From Antedon mediterranea (lineage: Eukaryota > Animalia > Echinodermata): a DNA stretch of 64,000 nucleotides. Every line of letters starts with the position of its first letter. The first letter of the stretch is position 1. Positions 12,101-24,268 of this stretch are shown in pieces. The translations under genes were made by a program, and so were the position numbers. The notes under the pieces are model-generated. The model ran no database searches. It worked only from the letters and a program-made list of their open reading frames with translations, and had not been told where the DNA came from. The DNA lies in NCBI RefSeq assembly GCF_964355755.1, contig NC_092676.1, forward strand, positions 17,440,871 through 17,504,870. Reading direction: 5' to 3'.

Positions 12101-15100
12101 TTGATTTTGAATCCAATTATTTTTTCATTATTTTATTTTAAATTAAATATATTTTTATTTTATTTTTAAATTCTTGTCTTCTATATTCATGCTATTTTCT
12201 TATTGTATTGTTGTGAGAGTCCTTAATGATCAGCTTCGGCTAGATGGACCACCCTTGTTAAATATTGTTAAAATAAATATATGTGTGCTATATAAGTGTT
12301 AATGTTATGTTACTGAAACCCTTGAATTTACAATTGTGGTGTTGGCTGTATTCTACAAAATAGTAATACCTGTGATAATATGGACTTAGCTGCTTCTTCA
12401 TCAGGCACTGTCATCAAAGCTACACCTTCTACATTGTGCAGCTCAACCTTAAACAAAACAATTTAATTTCTGTGAGTGAAATAATCATACAGTACTATAT
12501 AATCAAATTCATTCTGACCACCATTACATGCATACGTTCATAATATTGTTTTTATCTTATGTGAGTTCATCCCACTTTTGATTCCATATACAGTACTAGT
12601 GAGATATGAGAAGACTGTAATTTCACCTCCTTATTTGCATATTTCATGTAACTTGGACTACTAATGTGCATACTTTTAAAGTGAAAAAAAGGTGATTATG
12701 AGAACATAAAATTTTACATTAGAGCATAAATATGTACATTCTGATTAAATCAGTGAAAAAATCCACTCTTTCTGACTAGTAGTTTTTGACGCCCAAGGCC
12801 TTCCAGCGTTGGAGGGCCACTTTAGAGTTCCTAAACCAGGGGCCTCAGGCCTCTGTGTATGAATACACTATCAAAAATGCATTATACATACCTCTGTTAT
12901 CCTCTCCCTAAAATCATCATCCTTTATGATATTTCTGACTTGTAATTTAGTTGTGTTTTTACTAACACCAGTCACTAATAGCTTATCTTTCAGCAACAAC
13001 GTTTTATCACCAGTCAATTCACTGGACTACAAAAACAAATAATACGACAACATTAAAGGATTTAAATTTGTTTCAAAATGTCTTCACTGTAAATTGATGT
13101 CAGTTATTTTATCTGTGATGTGTGTGTGTGTAAATAAACAGCTCACCAGTGGCAACATATTTAATAATGTTAACCATAAAGTAAAGTTAGTGGTTGTGTG
13201 TAAACAAATGAGAAGCAGGTTGTTTTGAATGGTGGAGTTGGGGGTGCGAAACTGGGAAACAAATATTTAGGGTCATTATGAAATTGGTGCTTTGTAATTT
13301 TAAGAGATAACTGTGCCAGTGTTTAAACAAGTGCAAGTATATAATGTTTGTTGTACGAGAGAATGTACCTGGTGTGTGAAAATCTGTGATAATACCATAT
13401 ACGGCTCTGTGGTCAAATGGTATGATACGTGAGTGAGAGGTCGCAGGTTCAAATCCCGCCAGAGACATTTTTTCATACAACTAAAAATACAGAATTTTCG
13501 CCGATGAGCTATCCTCAACACGATTATAAGATTATGTTTCGAATATGAGCACTGTTTCTATAATTTGACAGTATGATTTATATATATACTGTATTATAAC
13601 AATAATAAAAGCTGTAGTAATGTAACAAATAATTGTTATGGTTGTATAAAATATAAACTAATATTAATACAAATGTGTCTTCTACTTACAATATATACTC
13701 TGTTCATTGTAATATTTTTATCTCCCATTCCCAGCACCTTTGTTGCTTTCAATATACTGTCAACTTAAGTAAACAAACATATTAACTTTATGAAAATTAA
13801 TTATGTGAAAATAAAGAAATCATTTTAGGAGAACGAATCAATAACTTTGTGAAAATCAACAATGTAAACCCTAGACATTAAATGCTACCTGAGTGGTCTT
13901 TGTAAAAATGCCTGGCTAAGTGATCTTGAGCATTTGCTAATGGAATGTACGTAATAGGAGAGCTTATTTCTCTGAAGTTATAGAAACCCATGTATTCTAC
14001 AATGATATATACAAACTATTATAGCATGGTTTATTTTTGCTTCCTATTTTAATGGCCTACAGTGGCTTCCAGTCCAAGATTTAATAAAATACCGAATCAG
14101 CAGATTAATTGGTTAAATAATATTTGTTTTAATTTAGAACAAATATAAATGAATTTTTTTTTATTATGAATTATGTAATAGGTCAATGATTAACATTGCA
14201 TTCAACTTTGTGAGGATTTAAATTTAGACGCATTTTAATCAACAAACACTAATGTAAAGTGAAGTTACCAATGTCATAATACTATTATTATTTATTCTAA
14301 ATTACTCCTTGATACAAATTGGGGGAAACCCAGGATTTTTGCTGAAAAGTTACATTTGTTTTGGCCTCACAAGCGATTGAAAAGTGGGTCAATTACAGAA
14401 CAAAAACAAAAATATCAATTCATACGCAATGCGTGTTGGGATTTATAGCGGGCCGCTAAAATTATTAGAATCGTCTTATTTTTCACATTTTTAACCATTT
14501 AAAGATGAAAAAAGTTATCTCAATAGGACCATACAATATTTATTTTTACATTTAAATGTAGGTTGTGACCTTAAATTAGATCTAAAAAATGTAGGAAATT
14601 GGACTTTAATTCTTTAAAAAAACCTATCTTGTTTATTTAAAATATTTTTCCATCTATGGTTTAATCACACTTCAACTCATGAATAATTCTCACATTCAAC
14701 TCATAAACATTCATTGTATACCTTAAGCAAAGACAAAGAAACAAAATAATAATAATATAAACCATACCTTCTTCCTGATTTGAAAACTCTGCCAATGTAT
14801 ATGTTGGTCCAGCTTCCTTATTTACAGTCATATTAAATAGTCTTGTCATTTTTAAGAATGTTGGGTTATAAATTGACAACTCTAAACTAGTTATAGCTGA
14901 TGGAAGAGATCTACTAAAAATTAACGTTTTAGCAGTGATGCAATTTTTCTTTTTACAATACACATATCTGAAAAACAGAAACAGAGTTATATTTGTAGTG
15001 GAGCTGTAGCTTGGTGGTTATCATGCTTTCCTTTCAATCCCTAGCTCCAGGGTTCAATCCTGACCTAGTGCCAGGATTGTAACTCACAACTCTTTCAACT

Positions 15101-17836
15101 CCTCTCTCTAAGCCTTTTATTGGAAGTACAATTTTATCCTGTAATTGGTGAGTTTGTGCTCGCTGTTGGATTTGTATGAACAAAAACAAGGCATTTTTTC
15201 TGTAAGAATTGACAAATTGTTAAATTTATATGAAGCTAAAAAATTACAATTTCAAACATTTATATTTCTTTATTAAATTAACAAATTCAAATTTACTTTT
15301 TATATATACTATAATTTACAAAATTGGAAAATATAAAACAAAAATATAATAACTAAAAAGATATGACAATAAAAATTATTAATATAACTATTATTATTAA
15401 TATCATCATTCAAATATTTATGTTTAAAATTGTGATTAGAGAGTTTAGTGGCTTGTGGCCGGTCAATTAAGAGAGCAATACACTATATAGTAATAGCACA
15501 TTAAAACATGAGATTTATAAGGTACAGTACACTGTACCTACATTACTGCAATGAGCCAGATGTCTTTATGGCTTAATTGCACAATTCTTATTGCTACTTA
15601 TTATAATTTTTTTAGGATAGTCAAATCTCTTGGAAAGCTGACACATTCAAGATAGGAAAAAGTGTTGGATTATGGTAGATGTCTACTTACAAGAGTTAAT
15701 GAATTCAAAACTAAATATTAAAAAGTATTTTATTACACAAATGAGAAAAAAGCAGTTATAATTATATTTTACCTATCAAAAAGGGATGTGCATGTCCCTA
15801 ACTGGGTTAAGGGGGGGGGGGGGGAGTGGAGGGGCAAGCATTATTATAGTGTAAGTAATATCAATCTAAAATATCTTAAAGCAGAAGCAAGTACGGTAGT
15901 TTATTAGTGGTTTATGGCAATGTGAAACTGAACTCGCTTAAGTTGACTATTCATGCAACTGAACGAAATTGAACTTTAGAGTGTCGACAATAGAATGGAT
16001 TCTAACTAGGCATGTGTACAACACAAAAACTCATATTTATTATTTAATATATTTGTGACAACAAACAGATCGTGGTTACCCCGAATCACATGCATGACAC
16101 GATTATAAAGTTTTCAGTTCCAGAGAGAGTAAACCATGTTCACCTTAACTGAACTACACATGTCAACTAATTTTGCTTTACTGTAAGCTGTGGTCAGTTA
16201 CTTTGAGTTGCGGTCAGTTACTTTGAGTTGCGGTCAGTTACTTTGAGTTGCGGTCAGTTACTTTGAGTTGCGGTCAGTTACTTTGAGTTGTGGTCAGTTA
16301 CTTTGAGTTGCGGTCAGTTACTTTGAGTTGTGGTCAGTTACTTTGAGTTGCGGTCAGTTACTTTGAGTTGCGGTAAGTAACAGTACTTTGAGTTGTGGTC
16401 AGTTACTTATAGTTGTATATTATGTTTAATTTAACAGTTTGTTTCAGATTTGAAAAAAAAGAATGAACAGATAACTTACTGTGTTCCATTTTGAGATAAA
16501 ATACCATTGCTATATTAAAAGAAATAGAAACATTTTAATAACTACACAGATCAAAAAATTAATTGTACTACTGTATTTGCTTTCATTCTGCTTTTAAAAT
16601 AAAATATTATTACTGGCTCAAGTCTATTCTAGATAGATTTCACAAACTTTTACAAATACAATGAAAATGAGTTTACTATTGATCCTTACCTAGATGAATT
16701 CATAGTAAGAGCTACATGCTTTGCTTTGACTGTGTTTAATTCTTCTATAAGCCTAGAGTCAGACCCATTGACCCATGTATAAACAATATCAATTGGAATT
16801 GGCAAACACATTCTGAAAATTACAGAAAAAAGACTACAAATCATAAACAACAACAAATTCCAAAACTGAAGACTCCCCTCTGTGATGTCTTTCTGCGAAG
16901 AAGCTGACGATTGACTCATTTTAGAATGAAAAGTGTAATAATATTTTAACATGTACTGTACTGGGCGATACTGGGTGTAGGCCTAGATTAGTTAGTATCG
17001 TGACCAGATAACTTTTTTGTATTACCTATCTTGAAAAAGTTTTCCACCTATGTTGTCATGGTAAACATTAAATAAAGCAGAATATTGATCTTGACTCCAT
17101 TCCAATGCTACCTATAAAAAAAGGGGATAATTGTAATTAATAAAAATCATAGGTTGGTATATTGAAAATATTCTTTTTTCCAAACCAATAATTAGTAATA
17201 CAAACTAACCTTGACAGTTTCGCTACAAACCAGATGAACATTTTCAATCATCATAGGTTGGTGTATTTATTTCTTGAACCAATCTTAATTAACTAATTGT
17301 ATGCATGCAAATGTAACCATTTGCATTTTAATTCCTAGTTAGGCATATTTTTTTGTGATTAATTCTAGTAGTACTAGCAATTATGGTGTAGATTTTGAAT
17401 TGACTAGGCCTAGGCTATAATAATATAATAGGCCTAGGATAGGTCTTTATTAGTTAGGCCTATCTAGTAGGCTAGTTAGAATAGAATATTTTGATTCAAA
17501 TTCCACTGAAGAAATCTGCATACACTTACTGCTACTATACAATACGTGTACGTCCACTGACGAGGCTAGGAGCTAGTTAAAAATAGTTTTATAGCCTAGG
17601 CCTCTATATCCACCTAGCTAGTAAAAGTAGGCCTAGCCTATCTTGTTAGATAGGCCTGCCCCCGGCCTGGCACAAACCCCACCACACTCTGCACTCTCTA
17701 CTCTCTGCTCTGGCCAGCTTACCTCTCCAAATTGAAAAGCTGATACCAGCACTAAAACGACACCGGTAAAGCACAAAATTGTTCCGTATCGATGCGATAG
17801 ACATGAGTACGTCTGTTTCTGCACAATTTTGAACAT
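176..17836 (-). CDS. GNPTAB: N-acetylglucosamine-1-phosphotransferase alpha/beta precursor (multi-exon; 3' end lies beyond the left edge)
   Basis: Phase-consistent exons: 17723-17836 ([25 protein letters not shown]), 17026-17111, 16690-16812 (Stealth CR1 [13 protein letters not shown]), 16480-16509, 14768-14967, 13690-13763, 12892-13026, 12370-12447, 11742-11810, 11368-11553 (CR2 [17 protein letters not shown]), 10743-10913, 9988-10111 (LNR1), 9648-9710, 9250-9305, 7366-7480 (LNR2), 6824-7032, 6141-6274, 5505-5623, 2924-4662 (DMAP-binding GDLTEKGF plus long spacer), 1905-2104 (S1P site RQLL/DTF, CR3 [12 protein letters not shown]), 914-1066, 176-356 (EF-hand region). Motif order matches the recalled human GNPTAB. 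Confidence 0.96.
513..723. mobile_element. Short non-autonomous TIR element flanked by TTAA (Kolobok/piggyBac-type target site)
   Basis: ttaa|agatatattattgtcc...ggacaatacatct|ttaa. A related inverted copy at about 23250-23480 shares aaagatgtattgtcc and attatgtgacattaaaatggcatatt. Confidence 0.55.
2198..2713. repeat. Diverged ~150-bp direct repeats flanking a SINE fragment in a GNPTAB intron
   Basis: atgaaaaaataag..aaatattcact..agttccagcta..aaacgtgtatattgtat..gcagggtaac..aagtaaatgaa occurs at about 2198-2345 and 2538-2713. The segment between them (2366-2505) matches the SINE at 14999-15175. Confidence 0.6.
3820..4260 (-). repeat. Coding tandem repeat (about 22-24 aa unit, PVEPQIG-x-VDQ-x-GGNQFK) in the GNPTAB spacer exon
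   Basis: Five to six imperfect units are visible in ORF 2867..4678 and in the DNA (recurring ccaatttgtggttcaactgg). Confidence 0.9.
5179..5489. mobile_element. Palindromic non-autonomous element: long hairpin centred on cgaggcaaagccgag, plus a second short inverted repeat
   Basis: 5179-5250 is an imperfect reverse complement of about 5265-5340. ttatataaca (5342) pairs with tgttatataa (5479). Confidence 0.65.
6329..6432. repeat. 18-bp tandem repeat (attcaataggaggtgtcc), about 5 copies
   Basis: Read directly from the sequence; units are adjacent with no spacers. Confidence 0.9.
7163..7280 (-). pseudogene. Decayed duplicate of the 3' end and splice donor of GNPTAB exon 10743-10913
   Basis: Aligns to 10691-10808, with a TAC>TAA change and a 1-nt deletion (attccaaac versus atttccaaac). 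Confidence 0.85.
7537..8741. mobile_element. Foldback-type element: ~515-bp inverted arms built of 21-bp tandem repeats, with a ~175-bp loop
   Basis: Termini ctatggaacgcctcctctgccttcagttcaca and tgtgaactgaaggcagaggaggcgttccatag. Arms 7537-8051 and 8227-8741. Repeat unit catgcagtacacaccaatcgt. Flanking direct repeat gaat (or ggaatc if the termini are shifted by 1 nt). Confidence 0.9.
8891..9125 (-). mobile_element. SINE copy with a conserved core (Nin/Deu-domain-like) and (TTCAA)n tail
   Basis: Core ggttctttaaagtgcacacgagctagatgtgtacactgg..ttatccgagaagact is shared with 27355-27730 and partly with 57865-58012 and 59752-59895. The family name is from recall only. Confidence 0.65.
9372..9590. 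repeat. Two diverged ~80-bp direct repeats (gaccaggatcccaattctg...) at about 137-bp spacing
   Basis: 9373-9452 compared with 9510-9590. Confidence 0.7.
13403..13466 (+). pseudogene. Degenerate tRNA-Pro-like sequence (tRNA pseudogene or SINE head)
   Basis: ggctctgtggtcaaatggtatgat..gagaggtcgcaggttcaaatccc resembles tRNA-Pro with A and B boxes, but the anticodon arm is deleted. A 5'-half fragment also occurs at about 33120-33143. Confidence 0.55.
14999..15175 (+). mobile_element. tRNA-derived SINE
   Basis: A-box tagcttggtgg and B-box ggttcaatcc, followed by a body shared with 2366-2505. A similar head lies on the minus strand near 20197-20240. Confidence 0.6.
16188..16415. repeat. 20-bp minisatellite (gcggtcagttactttgagtt), about 10 copies
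   Basis: Head-to-tail units with c/t variation and no spacers. Confidence 0.95.
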
Positions 17837-18648
17837 GATGTGTATTAATTATTATTGTACTTTGATCCAAATAATCAAAAGACGATCGCGGAATCGTATA
17901 TCGATGTGGAAGCTGCCATGTTGCAAGTTTTAAATAGAGGGCGCTATAATAGTAAACAATGAGATAATAGGTATGGAACGAAGGTTGCGCCAAAGCAAGA
18001 AATTAAGTTGGTTTAAAAGTGTACAGTATTCGATTGTAAATTTTGTTGATATTTTAATTATTCTTTAATTTTTAATTTTCAGTTTTTTCATTTGCTTGTA
18101 ATTCAAAAATTGAATGATATTTAAGTACTAGAAAATAATATTATATCCTATTCTTTGTTTGTACTTCTTTAGCGTTCCACAGTAAAGTGAAAACAAACCG
18201 CTGCCGACGACAAATGTTCGTGCATAATTATTTCGTGTACAAAGAAGGAAGAAAAACCAACATTTTGAATGAATTTATATAAACTAAACATCAACTAATC
18301 CTATAAATTTAATAATTTATCAGTTAGAAAAGACTCATGTCCATGATAAGACAGGAATAGGCTGTGGATCTTAGTTAGGCCTATCTGCTCTCCTCTGTGT
18401 GTTTTCTACGGCGGAAATGACAGGCAATTATGCACGAATTGTCTGGTGGTTAAGCGAGGCCGATGACCTAACACAAGGCCTAGCAATTTTACGTATAAAG
18501 CATGGTTTTGTAATATTTGCTGAACATCTTATCTGAGAATGAACAATGTTGACTGTTTTAGATACTAGGCCTATCTATTAGGCCCAAAACTACGTTGATT
18601 ATTTAGCACATATTTATTAATAATTTATCAAATTAAACAATTTGCATC
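17837..18648. promoter_or_regulatory. Putative bidirectional promoter and 5' UTR region between GNPTAB and PGAP4
   Basis: The divergent start codons are about 810 bp apart, and CpG is visibly more frequent than in the GNPTAB gene body. Transcription start sites cannot be determined from sequence. Confidence 0.55.
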
Positions 18649-19884
18649 ATGGTGCTTAGACCCACAGCGTTGGGCAGCAAATACCTTCGAATCCTACTAA
18701 TATTTATTATCATATATTTCATGACTTTTTATCTTATTTTGCCAAATGTGTTACGCGACTATCCATATTCCAGCTATTTTGCTCCAAAATGGAATATATA
18801 TCGAAAGGCCGTAGATTTGAACGAGGATCGTATACAAGTTGCAGAGGACTATTTGAGGTCCGTAAATGCAGCTAAAAGTAGGCAAATGTACAGTCAAAAA
18901 ACGCCAGCAAAATATGTCATAGGTATCATCACAGTTCAACGCTTTTCATATGACAGAAATACTCCTCAACCGAAATATCTTACGCAAGTTGTTGCACGAT
19001 TACATAACTTAATCGCAAAATCTTCATCACAGTCGGATTATCAATTGTTTGTGTGCAATGTGGACAGCCAAGGTAGCAGACACGATGAAGCCATCCATCT
19101 TTCTAACTACGTCAGAATGGTCAGCAAAAACGAAAATGGTAACTCGAGAAATAACTGGAATACTAACCGTTGGGAACGCGAGAAGTTGGATTACATTTAC
19201 TGCTTAGAGCAGGCTTGGCTGTACGATTCCAAATATGTTCTTTTACTTCAAGATGACGGCTTACCGCATTTCAACTTCATTGAAGTGTTAGAATACCTTG
19301 TGAGTGACCACTTAGAAAATAGAATTCAAGGTGGTGACATGCGGCCAAATTTGGAAAAATGGGCGTGGCTAAAACTCACGTTCCCTGAAAATCTTGCTGG
19401 ATTCACAAGGAACTGGCGCTTTGTTCTTGAATGGATTTGCATTTCATTAATATTAGCGAGTGTTAATACATTATTGGCATTATGTTGTTACAGATATACA
19501 TTAATATCTCTATCTTTTTTCTATATTATTTTTATTGTCAGTTTTTGTTTCTATTTAAACTTCACATGGGCTATTGGTAGGCCAATGTTTGTGAACTTTG
19601 GGTATGAGAATAAGCATTCATATTCACTTAAACCAGCTACCTCCTGCTGTCTTCCAGCAGTGTTGTATCCATCAAAAAATGTTCGCGATATTTTAAATTA
19701 CCTCGAGAACGTCCGTTGCAACAATGATTTGCCTATAGATTTTGTTTTGCCTAATTATGCGGAAAAATCTGGTTTAAAAGAGTACCTCGCATCGCCAAAT
19801 TTGTTTACGCATATCGGAATGTTCTCGTCACTCAGACAGCGAAATGATCCAAGAACAGCGTGGGCATATTTGCGGGAAATTTAA
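18649..19884 (+). CDS. PGAP4: PGAP4/TMEM246-like GPI N-acetylgalactosamine transferase, single coding exon, 411 aa
   Basis: N-terminal TM segment; EREKLDYIYCLE..YVLLLQDD; two internal TM segments; C-terminal PNLFTHIGMFSSLR. These match recalled TMEM246 motifs (EKEKQDYVYCLE, VEDD, PNLVKHIGLFSSLR). Confidence 0.88.
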   Translation: MVLRPTALGSKYLRILLIFIIIYFMTFYLILPNVLRDYPYSSYFAPKWNIYRKAVDLNEDRIQVAEDYLRSVNAAKSRQMYSQKTPAKYVIGIITVQRFSYDRNTPQPKYLTQVVARLHNLIAKSSSQSDYQLFVCNVDSQGSRHDEAIHLSNYVRMVSKNENGNSRNNWNTNRWEREKLDYIYCLEQAWLYDSKYVLLLQDDGLPHFNFIEVLEYLVSDHLENRIQGGDMRPNLEKWAWLKLTFPENLAGFTRNWRFVLEWICISLILASVNTLLALCCYRYTLISLSFFYIIFIVSFCFYLNFTWAIGRPMFVNFGYENKHSYSLKPATSCCLPAVLYPSKNVRDILNYLENVRCNNDLPIDFVLPNYAEKSGLKEYLASPNLFTHIGMFSSLRQRNDPRTAWAYLREI

Positions 19885-22714
19885 TTAATAAACCGAATTA
19901 AAAAGTTGTTTAATAGTTATTGCAGGGAACATGTTTACCAGTGTAGCATAGAGACGCATAACTACCTTGATACATGTGATAGATAGCAAAAACTGCAATA
20001 ACAATACAATGCACTTTTTTTTTTTTGTATATTTAGGCAAATTTCCAAGGATAACCATAAGCAAATTCATTCACTATCCTTATTAAAGGTGGCAATCCCA
20101 TTCACAAGACAATATATACACACATGCTCTACATAAACAAGTCTTTGAGGGTGGAGTTGTTGTAATTTGTCATTAGAAAAAAACATGACAGACTATAAAC
20201 CCAGGACCCTTAGATTAGTAGCCAAGCATCATAACCACCACTTTCATATTGATTACTAATTATTGAGATCAAACATTTCAAGGACAAATTGTCTTGTTGC
20301 CCACCTAATAATTATGCTTTCATTGATAATTAACTGTATAATATCTTTACAATTCTGTACTGTATGTGTTGAATAAGATGAAATTGGTGCTCAGCATGTG
20401 GACTCGACCATTTAGTTTGAATAGAAATATGTAATATGACTAAGTGGAAAAAACCAATTCAGTATATGGCCGAGTTTAAGCCCACAACCCCTAATTTAAG
20501 ATGAATTCAGATAAATTCAATCCTAGTTTTATAATCCATCTGCCAAATTTTCGTAACTTGGTCAAATATACTTGTATCAATGTTGAATTATATGCCCACC
20601 AAGTATCAAACCTATGGTCATAATCAGTGTTGGTTAGTATACTAAAAATGAATGTATAATCAGTGAAGAAAATATTGTTTGTTTGTATACACAAGCAGAT
20701 GTTGCTTTGTATTTTGAATAATTTTCTTAATATATTTTAAACTCATATTTTCTTAAAACATAAATTGAAAGAATAGGAAAGAAAGGTGCTATTTTTAAAG
20801 TGTAATACTAAAACCTTCAAATTATATTATTTAATTTTATGATCAAATCAAGGAAGTTAAATGTTAAGTATTCTATATATAATCTGGGAAATTAAATGTA
20901 CAGTACATCATTATTTTTATTTATTATTGAGTGTATTTAAGAATTATAAAAAAGAGGGTGAATTTTGATTAGATCACACCCACAATGTTTACACTTTATT
21001 GTGACAGCAAGACACGGCATTAATTGAAATTCAGAATTTTTTTAAGCAATAATTTTAATACAGTAATATACATTGTGTGCTTTTGATCATGAAATGTACA
21101 AATTAGTATCTTAGCAATAGCATGTAGAATTATAATCATTGTTTGTTTATACTATATAATCATGCTGTAAGTGTTATTTAATGCAAATTTATGCATAGTA
21201 CTGTACATTCACCTAATATTTACAAAATATTGAATGTTGTCGCAGTTGTGCATTAATAATGTTAATCAAATATTATGATGTATAAAAAGGAATATTTATG
21301 TGTTCAGAACAAGAGCAATATTTTTATGTATAGCAAATTATTGGCTTTATTTTTTGTCATGTACGATACAACCATTAACGATAATTACAATAAAAATCAT
21401 TGTTTATATTAAATATTATACAGAACAATATATTATTAAAAATTAAGTTTAGTGAGAAATGTATAGCAACAACATTTTTGTTCAGTGAGAAATGTGTTTA
21501 TGTATAACAAATGTTTACTTTATTTGTTGTCATATACTGTATGATACAACCATTAATGATCATTTAACAAAAATCATTGTTTATATTATAAACAATTAAG
21601 TTTGAAAAAAAAAAATTTATGAACACAATGTAGACATTAAACTTTGAATAGAGATTTTTTATTACAAAATGGTTCAATTATTTTTGACTTGTTGAAACAC
21701 AGTACTGTACTTTTCAATACATGACATGATTTACATTACTACATACGACAGTATATAATTATATAGTAAAGCAAAATGTTATTCTGTATTATTAATATCT
21801 TATACAATGGTACAAAGTAATAAATGATGATTTTGTCATTATTGTACATACATCAAAAGATGCTGTATGTACAGTATTGTACTACTGTTATGGTTCATAC
21901 AGTAAGTCCCTATCACTTGGGCCTGCCTTTTTCATACTAAAATGAATTAGCCAATCACACTAAGCTCGCTCATTGTGATAAATAGAATGGCAATAATTTC
22001 AATACTTTTACTGTACATGCAAGTTCAGTATTAACTTATAAAACCTCGATCTTTTATAAATGCGAAGCAAAGTACCTAAACAACAACGAAATTGGGGAAG
22101 TTTGGAAACACACAGTATTTCACACTAGACAGGGTGTCGCATAAATACAAGTATAGAGTATAGTAATAGTGAAAATACACCCATTCCTAGTGCAGGGAAT
22201 AATTTCGCCAGTGTAGCATAGCAAAAAGCTATACAAAACAACCTTTTTGCTACACATTTCTACAATTGTGTAGCAAAAAATACAATACAAAACTATGTTT
22301 CTTGACTAAAAAATCTGTTTGATTTTCAAATGAAATTTTTCCCTGTAGTGTCAGTTTTTTTCATAATCCGACGTAAATATTGGGTTGTGTGACCCACAGT
22401 TTGTGGAACAGGGGACTACTAAATCAATCTTTACAATAATATTATAATTCTTATGGCAAATGAACCCTAGTAAAGGTAAGTTTGCATTATACCATGTGTC
22501 TCAAAGAGGAAATAAATTGTTGGAAATGTCTCAAAATTTCAACTGTCTTCTAAGAAAATATTAATATATTCTCCACATTCTCATTTCTGTAGATTGTTGT
22601 AGCACGTCAAGAAGCGAAACATCGACACATTCTCAACCTTGAACCATACTTTATTTCCTTTTGGAATCACATGGTGTACTGTCAAACCTAACTAGTGTTG
22701 AAATGAAGATCACA

Positions 22715-23143
22715 TTAATAACGATATTTAGTTGAGTAATCTTTTGGCGATACCACTAAACCTCGTCCCTTGCGAGCACCACGAAATACGGTTTCTACAA
22801 TGTCAATCATTTCCTGTTTGTCTTCCAGCGGCCAGTTAATCTTATTATTGTTACCAGTTCCTAAATCAATCATAATGTGCTTGTTACGATAGAAGAACAT
22901 CAGAGTACATGGATCGTAAAGCTCGTACATCTTATTAAAGTCTGGTACTTCTGTGATATCAACTACATAAATTACTGCAAAGTTCTTGACCTTGTCCGCA
23001 ATACCAAATAACACCTCATCCATTTTCATACAAAGAGGGTCCCAATCGTGTCCGAATCTTATAATGATGACGCGGTCTTCTTCTGACAATATAGCCTGGT
23101 CAACTTGCCATCCATTATGTAAATGAGTTAACATGTAAGACAT
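22715..23143 (-). CDS. TXNL4A: Thioredoxin-like protein 4A (Dim1, U5 snRNP 15 kDa), 142 aa, intronless CDS
   Basis: MSYMLTHLHNGWQVDQAILSEEDRV...GLVVSPKDYSTKYRY is nearly invariant Dim1. A probable 5' UTR intron has its acceptor at 23178-23180 and its donor at 24528. Confidence 0.98.
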   Translation of the reverse strand: MSYMLTHLHNGWQVDQAILSEEDRVIIIRFGHDWDPLCMKMDEVLFGIADKVKNFAVIYVVDITEVPDFNKMYELYDPCTLMFFYRNKHIMIDLGTGNNNKINWPLEDKQEMIDIVETVFRGARKGRGLVVSPKDYSTKYRY

Positions 23144-23507
23144 TTTGATGTTTTTTGGCTATTTTCACACAACCACTCTACAGTATAACAAAATACATTA
23201 ATTATGTTACTAACAATACATTAATAATATACTGCACAGTACTAAAATTAAAGATGTATTGTCCTCCAAAAACATGAAAAATGAAGATTAATTAATCAGA
23301 CTTTAATTTTAATAGAGGTACAGTAATCCCTTCTTCTTAAAAAAAAACCTGATAAAATTCAACCAAAAACCCATTTGCTAGCAAATTTTTGTTCAAAGTA
23401 GATAACCATTATGTGACATTAAAATGGCATATTCAACAACAACAAAAAAAACTAAATTGTTTCAAGGCGATACATCTTGTCTTGTTTAATTTTAAAGAAA
23501 AACATTC

Positions 23508-24268
23508 AAGTTGAGCCGCTGCCAGAAAAACGTTATTTTCTATGAAACGCCAAATGCTAACTTTCGCCGGTGCTCGTTTTTATTAGGGATCCGATGACAA
23601 TATATATTTAAAAGTTTATGTATATAGCCTATATCACGGTTTTTAGTATATATTATTTAATATTATTAAATATTACAATTAAAGAAATAATTATGAAAAT
23701 CTGACTTGTAGATTCCAAAATATAAGGCCTAAAACATCACAGAAAATGATCGTTTTTAGCCAAAAATGACTTGTTGTATGAACATCTAGGCCTACTCCAT
23801 TATCAGTAAAATAATCACGTCATAAAATCACCATTATTTTAGTAAAATATTTTGTGTATTAACATTGTAAAATTCAATAAAATATGATAATAAAAGATAG
23901 TAAATAAAAAATAATAATTATTTAACCTCATTCGAAGAACATCAATACTCTATTTATTTAGGCCTAGGCCTAGTCCTGAGAGACAACATGATTTTTACGT
24001 GGTAGCCCTACAAGCGAGAAAAATATTATGGAGTGCACTGCATTTTTTTTTTTAACAATTAAATTATTAAATATGACTATGGTACTTTCCTTTGCTGTTT
24101 TGTTATGCGATTCAAACTCAACAAAATTGTACTTGTAGTATGTAGAATAGGCCTAATTATATATTTATTATTTATTTTCATGACACAATAAACCAAAGAC
24201 CATATGAACTATAATGTCGTAAAAGACGCACTGGGCGTTTCATAGAAATTACCGGCGGCTCAACTTGT
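23508..24268. mobile_element. Degraded TIR element in the putative TXNL4A 5' UTR intron
   Basis: caagttgagccgc..tttctatgaaacgcc is inverted relative to ggcgtttcatagaaa..gcggctcaacttg. Internal segment 23680-23762 is similar to 43245-43330. Confidence 0.55.

Noticed and set aside
13403-13466. Functional tRNA gene
   Set aside because: The anticodon arm is missing and the acceptor stem is mismatched; treated as a pseudogene or SINE head.
16188-16415. Regular 20-bp repeats (also the 18-bp and 21-bp arrays) as a CRISPR array
   Set aside because: The units are head-to-tail without unique spacers, there are no cas genes, and the context is a eukaryotic intron.
17646-17993. 115-aa ORF overlapping GNPTAB exon 1
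   Set aside because: It is in a different frame from the conserved GNPTAB N-terminus, has a non-ATG start and shows no recognisable motif.
21330-21600. Short diverged direct repeat (gatacaaccattaa..aaaaatcattgtttatatta)
   Set aside because: AT-rich local duplication with no further structure.
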